This document shows, one piece after another, positions 8,567 to 17,118 of a stretch of DNA of 64,000 nucleotides. The notes under the pieces were generated by a model. That model was not told the origin of the DNA, ran no database searches, and saw only the letters and a list, made by a program, of their open reading frames with translations. The translations under genes and the position numbers were made by a program. Each line of letters begins with the position of its first letter. Positions within the stretch are counted from its first letter, which is position 1. This stretch comes from Oscillospiraceae bacterium (GTDB lineage: Bacteria > Bacillota > Clostridia > Oscillospirales > Oscillospiraceae), in assembly GCA_045640125.1 (NCBI GenBank), contig JAZUEL010000040.1, forward strand, positions 4,305 through 68,304, written 5' to 3'.

Positions 8567-10624
8567 TTAATTGAAGTGATCGCCGTTGATGACAAAAAGC
8601 TGCTCGATACGCTGCTTCAGAGGCTGATTTTCTGATTTTTCCAAAGCCGGATCATCGGCAAGCAATGTATTCGCCTCGTTCTGGGCCTGCTTTAGTACGC
8701 GCATATCGCCGGACAGGTCGGCAACGTGCATCTCCGGCAGACCGTGCTGTCGGGCACCGAAGAAATCGCCCGGACCGCGAAGCCGCAGATCCTCCTCGGA
8801 AATCTTGAAGCCGTCGTTGGTTTTGCACAGAATGGAAAGCCGTGCTTTCGCCTCCTCGTTTTGCGCCTCCGAGAACAGAACGCAGTAGCTCTTGTGCTGT
8901 CCGCGCCCGACCCGTCCGCGAAGCTGGTGAAGCTGCGCCAGACCGAAACGCTCCGCGTTTTCGACGATCATCAGCGCGGCGTTCGGAATGTCTACGCCGA
9001 CCTCGATGACCGTGGTGGACACGAGTATATCGAACTGCCCCGCCGCGAAGTCCGCCATAATGGTGTCCTTTTCTTTGGCTTTCATCCTGCCGTGGATGCA
9101 GCGGACACGCAGCTCGGGGAATATTTTCGTTTGCAGCTCTTTTGCGTATTGCTCTGTGTTTTTGAGCGCCTCGCCCCATTCTTCATTTTCTTCGACCATG
9201 GGACAGACGATGAATACCTGCCGCCCCTCGCCGACGAGTTTTTGCACGAATTTCCAAATCCGCGGACGCATCGTTTCGTTCACGGCGAAGGTGTCCACCT
9301 TCTGCCGACCGGGAGGCAGCTCATCGAGGATCGAGATGTCGAGGTCGCCGTAGATGATGAGCGCCAGCGTGCGGGGGATGGGCGTGGCGGACATGACCAG
9401 AACGTGCGGGGTGATGCCCTTTTCCGTGAGCGCGCCGCGCTGATCGACACCGAAACGGTGCTGCTCGTCCGTGACGACAAAACCGAGCTTTGCAAAATGT
9501 ACGTCTTTGCCGATGAGTGCGTGCGTCCCGACGGCAAGATCACATTCACCGCTTGCCAGAAGCGCCATGCTCTCGCGCTTTTGTTTGGCGGTCATGGAGC
9601 CCGTGAGCTTGACCGTGCGTATGCCGAAGGGAGAGAGAAGCCGCCCCAGTGTTTCATAATGCTGATCGGCGAGGATCTCGGTCGGGGCCATGAAGGCTGC
9701 CTGATAGCCGCTTTTTACCGTCAGCCAGATGAGCGCCGCGGCTACCAGCGTCTTGCCGCTGCCTACATCGCCCTGCAGGAGACGATTCATGGGCGTGGCG
9801 GAAGCCATGTCGCCGGCGGCTTCGAGTATGGCTCGTTTTTGTGCGCCGGTGGGCGCGAAGGGGAGTGCAGCGAAAAACTCGGCAGGGTCGGTCATGGAAA
9901 AGCGCAGACCGTTTTGATTGTTGCGCCGTCCACGAAGAAGACCCAATGCGGCGGAGAGAACGAATAGTTCTTCAAAGACAAGCCTTGTACGGGCTAATTG
10001 CAGTGCGCCGTCATCCTGCGGGAAGTGGATGTTTTGATAGCAAAAGCGCGGCTGCGCCAGTTGATATTTGTCGCGTATCCGCTCCGGCAGGGCGTTGGGA
10101 AGCTCGTCCCCGCAGGCGGTCAGCGCGTTTTGCATCAGCGCGGTCATGGTCTTGCGGCCGATGCCGGTAGTGAGGCGGTAGACGGGAAGGATGCGTCCCG
10201 TGATTAGTCCCTGCTTATCCTCGGCTTCAAATTCGGGGTTGGCCATACAGCGCCGTCCGCGCTGAAGGGTAATCCTGCCGTAAAAAATATAGAAAAAGCC
10301 GGGCTTTAAAGCGCTTTTGAGGTAGCTTTGATTGAAGTAGGTAATATCGAGGCAATCCTGTTCATCCACGGCGCGGAGCTTCAGAATCTCCATGCCGCCG
10401 CGCACGCGGGTCGAGGTCGGCGTTGCGGCGACCATAGCACGGACGCAGACGGGCATATCCGTCGGCGCGCCGCCGATGGAGTAGATCTGTCGCCTGTCCT
10501 CATAGGCACGCGGAAAGTAACATACAAGATCCCGCAGGGTATGTATGCCGAGCTTTTCGAGCGTTTTGGCTTTCTTTTCGCCCACGCCTTTCAGATATTG
10601 AATATTGTCATTCAGTCCGCTCAT
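8567..10624 (-). CDS. recG: ATP-dependent DNA helicase RecG
   Basis: 685 aa. Wedge-domain N-terminus, helicase motif I (GDVGSGKT), DEQHRFG (motif II), SATPIPRT, QLHQLRGRVGRG. Confidence 0.9.
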   Translation of the reverse strand: MSGLNDNIQYLKGVGEKKAKTLEKLGIHTLRDLVCYFPRAYEDRRQIYSIGGAPTDMPVCVRAMVAATPTSTRVRGGMEILKLRAVDEQDCLDITYFNQSYLKSALKPGFFYIFYGRITLQRGRRCMANPEFEAEDKQGLITGRILPVYRLTTGIGRKTMTALMQNALTACGDELPNALPERIRDKYQLAQPRFCYQNIHFPQDDGALQLARTRLVFEELFVLSAALGLLRGRRNNQNGLRFSMTDPAEFFAALPFAPTGAQKRAILEAAGDMASATPMNRLLQGDVGSGKTLVAAALIWLTVKSGYQAAFMAPTEILADQHYETLGRLLSPFGIRTVKLTGSMTAKQKRESMALLASGECDLAVGTHALIGKDVHFAKLGFVVTDEQHRFGVDQRGALTEKGITPHVLVMSATPIPRTLALIIYGDLDISILDELPPGRQKVDTFAVNETMRPRIWKFVQKLVGEGRQVFIVCPMVEENEEWGEALKNTEQYAKELQTKIFPELRVRCIHGRMKAKEKDTIMADFAAGQFDILVSTTVIEVGVDIPNAALMIVENAERFGLAQLHQLRGRVGRGQHKSYCVLFSEAQNEEAKARLSILCKTNDGFKISEEDLRLRGPGDFFGARQHGLPEMHVADLSGDMRVLKQAQNEANTLLADDPALEKSENQPLKQRIEQLFVINGDHFN

Positions 10625-10661
10625 GCCTTGATTTTATCACAAGATATGCTAGAATACAAAC

Positions 10662-11204
10662 ATGATTACGGTAATTTTGACAGGCGGAAAGAGCCGTCGC
10701 ATGGGACAGGATAAAGCGGCGCTGCTGCTGGACAGAAAGCCGATGGCGCTGCGTCTGGCAGAGCGCTTTGTGGCGCTTGGTGATGTGGCGTTTTCGATGA
10801 AGGATACGGGACGCTTCCAGACCGGAGGCTTTGCGGAACTCATTGACCGTTATCCGGATCAGGGTCCTCTGAACGGTCTGGTTTCCGCGCTGTATGACAG
10901 TCGGGAGGAATATATCCTCCTGCTTGCTACGGATATGCCCGCCGTCACGACGGAAGCAGCAAAAGTGCTGCTGGATGAGATCGGCGATCATGATGCCTGT
11001 GTCTATGCGAATGAACCGCTCTTTGGCCTGTATCGCCGCCGCTGCCTGCCCGTGGCGGAGGAATGCCTGAAAGAGGGCAGAAACGCTATGCGGGGCTTTT
11101 TGGACCGAATCGACGTTCTGTATGTACCGCTGGAAAACAAGGAACTGGCGATCAATCTGAATACGCCGGAGGAATACGAGGATTATAAAAGAAGGACGGT
11201 TTGA
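10662..11204 (+). CDS. mobA: Molybdenum cofactor guanylyltransferase (MobA-like nucleotidyltransferase)
   Basis: N-terminal ILTGGKSRRMGQDKA motif, PDQGPLNG, LLLATDMP. Confidence 0.7.
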   Translation: MITVILTGGKSRRMGQDKAALLLDRKPMALRLAERFVALGDVAFSMKDTGRFQTGGFAELIDRYPDQGPLNGLVSALYDSREEYILLLATDMPAVTTEAAKVLLDEIGDHDACVYANEPLFGLYRRRCLPVAEECLKEGRNAMRGFLDRIDVLYVPLENKELAINLNTPEEYEDYKRRTV

Positions 11205-11219
11205 AACCGTCCTTCTTTT
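11187..11219. terminator. Bidirectional hairpin between mobA and the 3' deacetylase fragment
   Basis: 14-bp stem AAAAGAAGGACGGT / ACCGTCCTTCTTTT with loop TTGAA. It overlaps both stop codons. Confidence 0.65.
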
Positions 11220-11460
11220 ATGCGGCGTTGTTGGGACACATCATGCCGGTGTTGTCGATGGTATAGGAGCCTTTGAGCAGAAGCTCCGAGACGGGAATGA
11301 TGGTGTAGCCCTCGGAGAGCAGGTATTCGATGATGCGGGGGAGAGCCTCGGGTGTGTGCAGCGCGGCGTTGTGGAACAGAACGATCGATCCGGGCACGAC
11401 CTTTTCCGTGACGCGCTGATAGATCTCGTCCGCCGAAAGCTCCTTCCAGTCAAGACTGTC
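11218..11460 (-). pseudogene. 3' (C-terminal) half of a split PdaB-like CE4 polysaccharide deacetylase gene
   Basis: The minus-strand frame reads DSLDWKELSADEIYQRVTEKVVPGSIVLFHNAALHTPEALPRIIEYLLSEGYTIIPVSELLLKGSYTIDNTGMMCPNNAA*. It contains NodB motifs 4 (DxxDW) and 5 (LFHN). It has no start codon or RBS of its own. The frame stays open upstream into non-homologous sequence up to a stop near 11541. It is absent from the ORF track because it lacks an initiator. Confidence 0.8.
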
Positions 11461-11625
11461 CCTAAATGCAACAGATTCAAGCCCTGTGATACCAATGCTT
11501 TGCGGATTTTTCTGTGCCTTTACAAAGCTTGCAGATTTGACCGATCAAAGAGGAATAACCCATAGCCTTGGAGTAATTCTGAATACGCTCCTTATTGCTC
11601 TTTCAGGCTGAGTTATATCTCTACG

Positions 11626-12195
11626 TTAAAAGTTGAATTTCACTCTCATCGGTTTTGCATCGGGAGAATCTTTGAGAAAATCCATCAACAATATTTTCAA
11701 GTCATCGGTGTGATCTTCGGAAAGATCTTCGTAGTCGAGTTCCTTCATTCTGCGAACAAATAGCAAACCTTCTTCTCCTACTTCGCCCGTTGGTGCAAAT
11801 CCTGTTTTTTCAAGAACTCTCCGGGAAGCAGTATTAGACTCTTCAACTTCCGCCTTAATACATACTACATTGGGCTGCCTTAGAGCCCAATCTACAACTG
11901 TATTAACTGCCTCTGTTGCATAACCGAAGCCCTGATAATCATCGGCAATACCGTATCCAATTTCTGAGATTCCTTCTTCGGAAATTCCTTTGAAGCAAAG
12001 CTCTCCGATATGCGTGCCATCTTTTAATTCTATCATCCAGATGGCATACCACTCCCACTGATTCGGATGTGACAGGCAACCATCCAGCATTTCCGTGTAA
12101 GCGGCTTTCAGAACATCCACCGACTGCGCCGCAATGAATGCCTCCATCTGTTCTTTGGACGCTGCATAAATTTTCAAACGCTTTGTTTCTATCAT
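11626..12195 (-). CDS. GNAT family N-acetyltransferase (RimJ/RimL-like)
   Basis: 189 aa. Starts with the typical ETKRLKIY... and has an acetyl-CoA binding Q/RxxGxG/A-type motif (YQGFGYATEA). Low-G+C cargo of the element. Confidence 0.75.
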   Translation of the reverse strand: MIETKRLKIYAASKEQMEAFIAAQSVDVLKAAYTEMLDGCLSHPNQWEWYAIWMIELKDGTHIGELCFKGISEEGISEIGYGIADDYQGFGYATEAVNTVVDWALRQPNVVCIKAEVEESNTASRRVLEKTGFAPTGEVGEEGLLFVRRMKELDYEDLSEDHTDDLKILLMDFLKDSPDAKPMRVKFNF

Positions 12196-12241
12196 GTTTT
12201 CCTCACTCCATTATGATTTAACCGGCTCTGCAAATATCCCC

Positions 12242-12559
12242 TTATCCGTGATAATCACCGGTGGCAGAATCTACTGTGACATAAGGTACGGACTTTCCAT
12301 CGATAATCACATAGACCTGAAAAATGCCATCGCCCAGATCTTCGTACCGGTCGGGTGTAACCCCGTATTGCGCCAAAAGCGATGCCTCAAAATCGGTTTT
12401 CCAGTCTTCTTCCGTACCGGAATCAATCGGTGTCTCCGGTTCTTCTGTCGGAGAGGGTAAATCATTCGCTGAGTCCTGCTGTGCTGCGGAAAGGCTGCTG
12501 CAGGCGCATAGGGAAGCCATTATCAGTAAAGCGATTATACAAGCTATTATTTTTTTCAT
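12242..12559 (-). CDS. Small lipoprotein of unknown function
   Basis: MKKIIACIIALLIMASLCACSS gives a signal peptide plus lipobox (LCAC). GGGAG RBS 7 nt upstream of the ATG at 12559. The ORF-track start at 12589 is less likely. Confidence 0.6.
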   Translation of the reverse strand: MKKIIACIIALLIMASLCACSSLSAAQQDSANDLPSPTEEPETPIDSGTEEDWKTDFEASLLAQYGVTPDRYEDLGDGIFQVYVIIDGKSVPYVTVDSATGDYHG

Positions 12560-12668
12560 TTTTGATCTCCCATCATCTGATTTGTTCATTTTGCATCTAA
12601 CTTTCCGAAAAACAAATACATTCCGAGTACTGCTTGAGCTTCTTTCTGATATATAAGAGATATGGCAT

Positions 12669-13421
12669 TTATCGTTTCCACCGTTTCAGCGTCGGGAACA
12701 ATTTTACGCAATACGCTTTCATTTCTTCGTTGGTCATGCCCGCCTGTGCGCCGAACTGACTGCACATTTCGATATATTCCTCCATCGAAACCTTGTCAGT
12801 AAATTCGCCGTTCACATAGCAGTATTTGCAATAGTCTTCGTTGATGCTGCCGTCGGCGTTGGTGCCGAAAACCTCTTCGGATTCCATCGGCATTCCACAG
12901 CTCTGACAGATCTTCAGATCCGCCTTTTTCTTTATCGGCACCCATATACCGCACTCATAATCCGGAGACTGCGGATTCCCGGCAGAATAGATTTCAAGGG
13001 AGGACGAGCCGATTTCATACATCGTTTTTATGTTCGGCGCCCATTCTTGCCACACCTGTGTGTTGAGCGTCTGCAAAGACTGCGGGATCGCACCCTTTGC
13101 CGAGAAGATTGCCCAGTCGCCTTCCGGGAAGGTGAAAAGCTCCAGTCCCTCCGGCACATTGCCGCCCTTGTAAAGTCCGGCGATCCAATAGGCAAAGCCG
13201 TTATCTCCGTCGGCGCAGATGGCGTACATACCAATGCCGTTTTCAAGGAACGCCGCTTCAACGGGTGTTTCGGGCTTCATCGTCTGCCAAAGACGGGCAT
13301 GCTTCTCGTTGTATTCTTTGTCCCAAAACTCAGGGCATTTCCGATAGCCCTCATTCGGTGCAATCTCGGTATGAAAACCGATAAAAGTCAGTTCGTTTTT
13401 GTGTTCGTAGCTTATGTTCAT
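12669..13421 (-). CDS. GyrI-like (AraC effector-binding type) domain protein fused to a C-terminal putative zinc-ribbon domain
   Basis: The [20 protein letters not shown]... effector-binding fold pattern is followed by [36 protein letters not shown]...FPTLKRWK (Zn_ribbon_2-type signature). The ATG at 13421 forms an ATGA overlap with the upstream GNAT stop, so the ORF-track start at 13661 was trimmed. Confidence 0.7.
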   Translation of the reverse strand: MNISYEHKNELTFIGFHTEIAPNEGYRKCPEFWDKEYNEKHARLWQTMKPETPVEAAFLENGIGMYAICADGDNGFAYWIAGLYKGGNVPEGLELFTFPEGDWAIFSAKGAIPQSLQTLNTQVWQEWAPNIKTMYEIGSSSLEIYSAGNPQSPDYECGIWVPIKKKADLKICQSCGMPMESEEVFGTNADGSINEDYCKYCYVNGEFTDKVSMEEYIEMCSQFGAQAGMTNEEMKAYCVKLFPTLKRWKR

Positions 13422-13960
13422 TGATTTTTCCTCCATTCTTCTTTCGTTAGTCGGGTAATATGCTCGGTGCGGATATCGTCCATCAGTTTCCAATGAATGT
13501 CCTTGTTTGTGTGGTGATATGTAAATCCACACTTTTCCTGACAGCGTTTTGATTTTTCGTTGCCGTCGAAATAGCCGCACCAAAGGGTATCTAGATGTAA
13601 ATCGGCAAAAGTGTGACGGATAAGTTCTCTTGTTGCTTCGGGAATCAGTCCATGCCCCCAAAAGGGAACGCCGATCCAGTAGCCGATCTCTCCCTCGTTT
13701 TCAGACAAATCAAGATTGCTCTGTTTGCCGATCATCAGTCCGATACTGCCGATGGCTCTGTTATCTTCTTTTAAGCAGACGGCGTAAGTCTCGGGCTCCG
13801 ACAGTACTGTACGGATAATCTCACGGCTGTTTTCAACGCTTGTGTGCGGCGGCCATCCGGCAATAGGACCTATACGGTCATCCTTTGCATATTCGTATAA
13901 ACTCTCCGCATCCGCTTCATCCCACGGACGGAGGATCAGTCTTTCTGTATGTAAATTCAT
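13418..13960 (-). CDS. GNAT family N-acetyltransferase (RimJ/RimL-like), second copy
   Basis: [27 protein letters not shown]... is the canonical N-terminus of this subfamily, followed by an [18 protein letters not shown] core. Confidence 0.8.
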   Translation of the reverse strand: MNLHTERLILRPWDEADAESLYEYAKDDRIGPIAGWPPHTSVENSREIIRTVLSEPETYAVCLKEDNRAIGSIGLMIGKQSNLDLSENEGEIGYWIGVPFWGHGLIPEATRELIRHTFADLHLDTLWCGYFDGNEKSKRCQEKCGFTYHHTNKDIHWKLMDDIRTEHITRLTKEEWRKNQ

Positions 13961-14017
13961 TTTCTTGCCTCTTTTATGCTTTTCATGTTTTTTGTGTTTG
14001 CAAATCCCGGTTTATCC

Positions 14018-14254
14018 TTAATTCGCTCGTATGGTCGTATATTTCTTTTTGATTGGATGTCGGATGACCGTTTTCCATTTCTCCGGCGCGACCTTTCTCG
14101 CGTCAGAAAGGTAGATTTCGTGATGAATGCGCGTGTCGGAAAAATCGTTTTCATATCCGTTTTCGGCAAGGTATTGAGTCATCAACTCGATAGTTTCCGG
14201 CTCATTATCAAAAGGACCTATGTGCATGATTTGCACGCAAAGGCCCTTTTTCAT
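14018..14254 (-). CDS. GyrI-like domain protein, C-terminal part only (probably an N-terminally truncated remnant)
   Basis: 78 aa: QIMHIGPFDNEPETIELMTQYLAENGYE...RIHHEIYLSDARKVAPEKWKTVIRHPI matches only the C-terminal half of ~200-aa GyrI-like proteins. It sits directly after the TetR gene. Confidence 0.5.
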   Translation of the reverse strand: MKKGLCVQIMHIGPFDNEPETIELMTQYLAENGYENDFSDTRIHHEIYLSDARKVAPEKWKTVIRHPIKKKYTTIRAN

Positions 14255-14270
14255 CTCTTTTCCTGATTTT

Positions 14271-14864
14271 TCACGCTTTCTTGTAGATATTGATAAAATG
14301 CCTTACGAATGCCTCGATCTTCTCGATAATTTCCGCTTCCTTATCGGGCTCGCGGTCACAGAAATGGATCAGCGCCGTGATCGGAGCGGTATAGGCAAAG
14401 GCCAGCATCTCCGGGTCATCTTTTTTCAGAATACCGTTATCCATCATTTCCGCAAACATTTTCGTATAGATGTCCTTTGTTCCGGTCAAAAAGTGCAGAG
14501 TAGCAAACCGGCGCGCTCTTTCATCACGGAACTGTTCCGTTAGAAGGAGTTGTCTTGTAAGGATCACCCTTTTATCGTGCATGGTAAAGTCCAGCATCTG
14601 CATCGTCATCGTAAAAAGTTCATCACAGGAATTCGGCACAGGCGGCATCTTCTCCGGCGAGCCGAAGCGGGCGCTATAATAGGCTTCCATTTGGTCGAGG
14701 ACGGCATTCCAGATATCCTCTTTGCATTCATAGTGCTTATAAAGGGCAGACTTGCTGAGTCCCATTCCTGCGGCGAGATCACGCAGATTGGTTCCCTTAT
14801 ATCCGTTTTCGGCGAAGCTTACGAGCGCCGCATCAAGAATCTTTCCCTTCGTTGTGTTTTCCAT
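14271..14864 (-). CDS. TetR/AcrR family transcriptional regulator
   Basis: N-terminal HTH: GKILDAALVSFAENGYKGTNLRDLAAGMGLSKSALYKHYECKEDIW. The ATG at 14864 was chosen (MENTTKGK...). The ORF-track start at 14903 would overlap the operator repeats. Confidence 0.85.
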   Translation of the reverse strand: MENTTKGKILDAALVSFAENGYKGTNLRDLAAGMGLSKSALYKHYECKEDIWNAVLDQMEAYYSARFGSPEKMPPVPNSCDELFTMTMQMLDFTMHDKRVILTRQLLLTEQFRDERARRFATLHFLTGTKDIYTKMFAEMMDNGILKKDDPEMLAFAYTAPITALIHFCDREPDKEAEIIEKIEAFVRHFINIYKKA

Positions 14865-14885
14865 TACATCCTCCGTATAAATATG

Positions 14886-14928
14886 GTGACCGCTTGGACA
14901 CATATTATTATAGTGACCGCTTGGTCAC
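14886..14928. promoter_or_regulatory. Two tandem copies of a 16-bp palindromic operator (GTGACC-N4-GGWCAC), probable TetR binding sites
   Basis: GTGACCGCTTGGACAC at 14886-14901 and GTGACCGCTTGGTCAC at 14913-14928. They lie 22-64 nt upstream of the TetR start. The arms GTGACC/GGTCAC are perfectly palindromic in copy 2. Confidence 0.6.
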
Positions 14929-15141
14929 TTGTCAATGAATTTCACGAAAGTGTTCCCATTAAAAAGGCGACAGGGATTCTCCCTGCCGCCGTGCCTCCGT
15001 TATGCGTAGATTCAATCACAATTGACGATTTCCGTTGATATAATTACCCCCCCCATACAAGGCTTGGTTTCAGTATAGACCATTCGTTTCCCCGCATATA
15101 CCGCCGGAGGCGGACATAGCTTGAACCGAGGAGGCTCGGCT

Positions 15142-15285
15142 ATGGAAGTAAAGCACACCCACCCGAAGTACGAGACGGAAAGTCAGCGCCTGGACAAGCT
15201 GAAGGAGACCCGTACGGTATGTCTCTCGGTGGTTGCGCGTCTTCGCGGAAAGAGCGATAAGCACACGCTGAGAAAGAGTGCGTGA
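15142..15285 (+). CDS. 47-aa basic small ORF, translationally coupled to the serine recombinase
   Basis: ATG at 15142 is preceded by GAGGAGG 4-5 nt upstream. Product is MEVKHTHPKYETESQRLDKLKETRTVCLSVVARLRGKSDKHTLRKSA*. Its TGA (15283-15285) lies 1 nt before the recombinase ATG (15287). Too short for the ORF track; no family recognised. Confidence 0.4.
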   Translation: MEVKHTHPKYETESQRLDKLKETRTVCLSVVARLRGKSDKHTLRKSA

Positions 15286-15286
15286 C

Positions 15287-16744
15287 ATGAGAGAGAATGC
15301 TGTATATGCCCGTCAGTCCGTGGAAAAACGGGACAGCCTTTCGATCTCCGGGCAGATCGACCTCTGCTGCCGCAGCGCAGGGGTCGATCACCTGCGGGAG
15401 TATAAGGACAGCGGCTACTCGGGCAAAAATACCGAGCGCCCGGGTTTTCAGCGTCTGATGAAGGATATCAAGGCAGATCGGATCGGCACCCTGTACGTCT
15501 ATCGTCTTGACCGCTTCTCCCGCAGCGTGGCGGATTTCGGCCAGCTCTGGGAGGTCTTACAGGCGCACAAGGTCGAGTTTGTATCCGTCAGCGAGAACTT
15601 CGATACCAAGACCCCCATGGGCCGCGCTATGCTCCATATCATCATGGTCTTTGCCCAGCTGGAGCGCGAAACGATCGCCGAGCGTGTCCGCGACAACTAC
15701 TACCGCCGCCACGCGCTGGGACGCTGGCCCGGCGGCCCCGCCCCCTATGGCTACGACAACGGGCGCGTTGCCGACGACAGCGGACGCATCGTCCCCGCCA
15801 TCATCCCCAATGCCGATGCCACCATGGTGCAGACGATATTCAACTCCTATGCTGAGGAGGGAATGTCCCTCGGTATTCTGGCAAAGAGCCTCAATGACGG
15901 CACAAATACCGCCATTCAGCGCGGTACCTGGGACAATGTGGCGCTCTCCCGCATCCTGCACAATCCAACCTATGCCATGGCGGACGCGCAGGTGCGGCTG
16001 TATCTGTTGGCGCAGGGCATCAATGTCACGTCGCCGGAGGAGGATTTTGACGGCATCCACGGTGTCATGCTGGTGGGCAAGCACACCGGCAGCGAGCGAA
16101 AGTACACCGATATGCGCGACCATACCGCTGCCGTCCTCAATAGTGTCGGCCTCGTGTCCTCGGAGCTGTGGCTTCGGTGTCAGGACAAGCTCTCGCATAA
16201 CCGCCAGATCGGCAACGCCGGTAAGGGGAAGCACACATGGCTGTCGGGGCTTTTGAAATGTGCCAAATGCGGCTACAGCATCAAGATCGCCTCTGAGAAG
16301 GCGCACCGCTGGATGCTGTGCAGCGGGCGGTACAATCTGGCGCACTGCGATGCTTCCATCCATGTCGATCTTTCCGAGTTGGAGGCTGTCGCTCAGCAGG
16401 AAATCGAAAAGCTTTTGGCGGAGTGCCCCGAGGAAGCCGCAGAGCCGGAGCAAGATGATTATGCGGCGCATCTGGCTGAGATCGACCGACGGGCGGATCG
16501 TCTGCTGGATGCTTTCGCGGAGAGCGATATGTCCGATACATACCTCAGGCGTGCATTGGGACGTTTGGAAAAGGAACGGCAGGTGCTTCTGGAAAGCCGC
16601 AAACGCATGGAGAGCCGTCCGACCTTGCCGGACAAGCTGGTCTTTTCCGAACTGAGCTTTGAGGAAAAGAAAGCCGTCGCTGCACAGTTCATCGAGCGTA
16701 TTGAGGTGGGGGAGCAGTCGGTGGAAATCAAGTGGAAGATCTAA
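15287..16744 (+). CDS. Large serine recombinase (SpoIVCA/phage-integrase type)
   Basis: Resolvase catalytic domain (AVYARQSVEKRDSLSISGQ with the nucleophile Ser context; YVYRLDRFSRS), recombinase domain, and a zinc-ribbon (CAKCGYSIK...CSGRYNLAHC) followed by a coiled-coil tail. 485 aa from the ATG at 15287. Confidence 0.9.
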   Translation: MRENAVYARQSVEKRDSLSISGQIDLCCRSAGVDHLREYKDSGYSGKNTERPGFQRLMKDIKADRIGTLYVYRLDRFSRSVADFGQLWEVLQAHKVEFVSVSENFDTKTPMGRAMLHIIMVFAQLERETIAERVRDNYYRRHALGRWPGGPAPYGYDNGRVADDSGRIVPAIIPNADATMVQTIFNSYAEEGMSLGILAKSLNDGTNTAIQRGTWDNVALSRILHNPTYAMADAQVRLYLLAQGINVTSPEEDFDGIHGVMLVGKHTGSERKYTDMRDHTAAVLNSVGLVSSELWLRCQDKLSHNRQIGNAGKGKHTWLSGLLKCAKCGYSIKIASEKAHRWMLCSGRYNLAHCDASIHVDLSELEAVAQQEIEKLLAECPEEAAEPEQDDYAAHLAEIDRRADRLLDAFAESDMSDTYLRRALGRLEKERQVLLESRKRMESRPTLPDKLVFSELSFEEKKAVAAQFIERIEVGEQSVEIKWKI

Positions 16745-16796
16745 ATGAAAGAAAAGGAGACATATTCTATCCGGAATTCATCCGATAGTAGATTAA

Positions 16797-16835
16797 CGCG
16801 CACCGCATTCATACGAATACGGTGCGCGTGATTTT
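16797..16835 (+). terminator. Intrinsic terminator after the recombinase gene
   Basis: 9-bp stem CGCGCACCG / CGGTGCGCG, 14-nt loop, followed by TGATTTT. Confidence 0.6.
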
Positions 16836-17118
16836 GTCATCAACTTGCTTGGAATTTTTACTTGAATGAGGAATAAGATGCCTTTACAATGAAATAACAG
16901 TATAACAAGGTTATGCCGTCTGTTTTCGGGCGGCGTGTTCGAGTAGGGCAGATTGCTTTCCAGCTGGTTGATGTTCGCCGTCAGCACCGCGCCCAGAAAA
17001 TACAGCGAGAGGACGAGAAGCTGAAAGGTCGTTTTTTTATAATTTAATCATATCATCTTAGGGGTCAACGGAAAACGCCTCTCCGGCGACGAGCCGCTAT
17101 GAGGGCAGCGGTGTCATG

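Noticed and set aside
3020-9967. Antisense ORFs 3020-4141, 3849-5153, 5287-6516, 6287-8239 (650 aa) and 8726-9967 opposite rpiR, baiN-like, cmk/plsC, ispH-rpsA and recG
   Set aside because: All lie opposite genes with unambiguous family motifs and show low-complexity composition. No independent support.
11467-11470. Crossover at the TGCA tetranucleotide shared by both junctions (11467-11470 and 19006-19009)
   Set aside because: It also gives an in-frame join, but adds six residues (IQWNCELSAFRDSLDW) to a normally fixed-length loop. The TGCA blocks sit symmetrically inside the inverted-repeat arms. The TC/GA core 7-8 nt away is the dyad centre and restores canonical spacing. This is kept as the alternative to test.
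11241-11495. 84-aa minus-strand ORF from the ORF track in the region of the 3' deacetylase fragment
   Set aside because: Wrong frame. The adjacent frame without a start codon carries the NodB motifs 4-5 and ends at 11218. The 84-aa product is Arg/Ser/Pro-rich nonsense.
15040-15141. Mother-cell (sigma-E / sigma-K type) promoter upstream of the small ORF and recombinase
   Set aside because: CATACAAG (about 15050) and CATATACC (about 15097) resemble -10 elements of these sigma factors, but I could not find correctly spaced -35 elements. Not callable by eye; needs TSS mapping.
16840-17040. Minus-strand 64-aa ORF (16793-16987) and upstream open frame (…TFQLLVLSLYFLGAVLTANINQLES…) between the recombinase and the transporter
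   Set aside because: No start context, no family motif, and the frame runs through the recombinase terminator hairpin. Possibly a decayed remnant, but there is insufficient evidence to annotate it.
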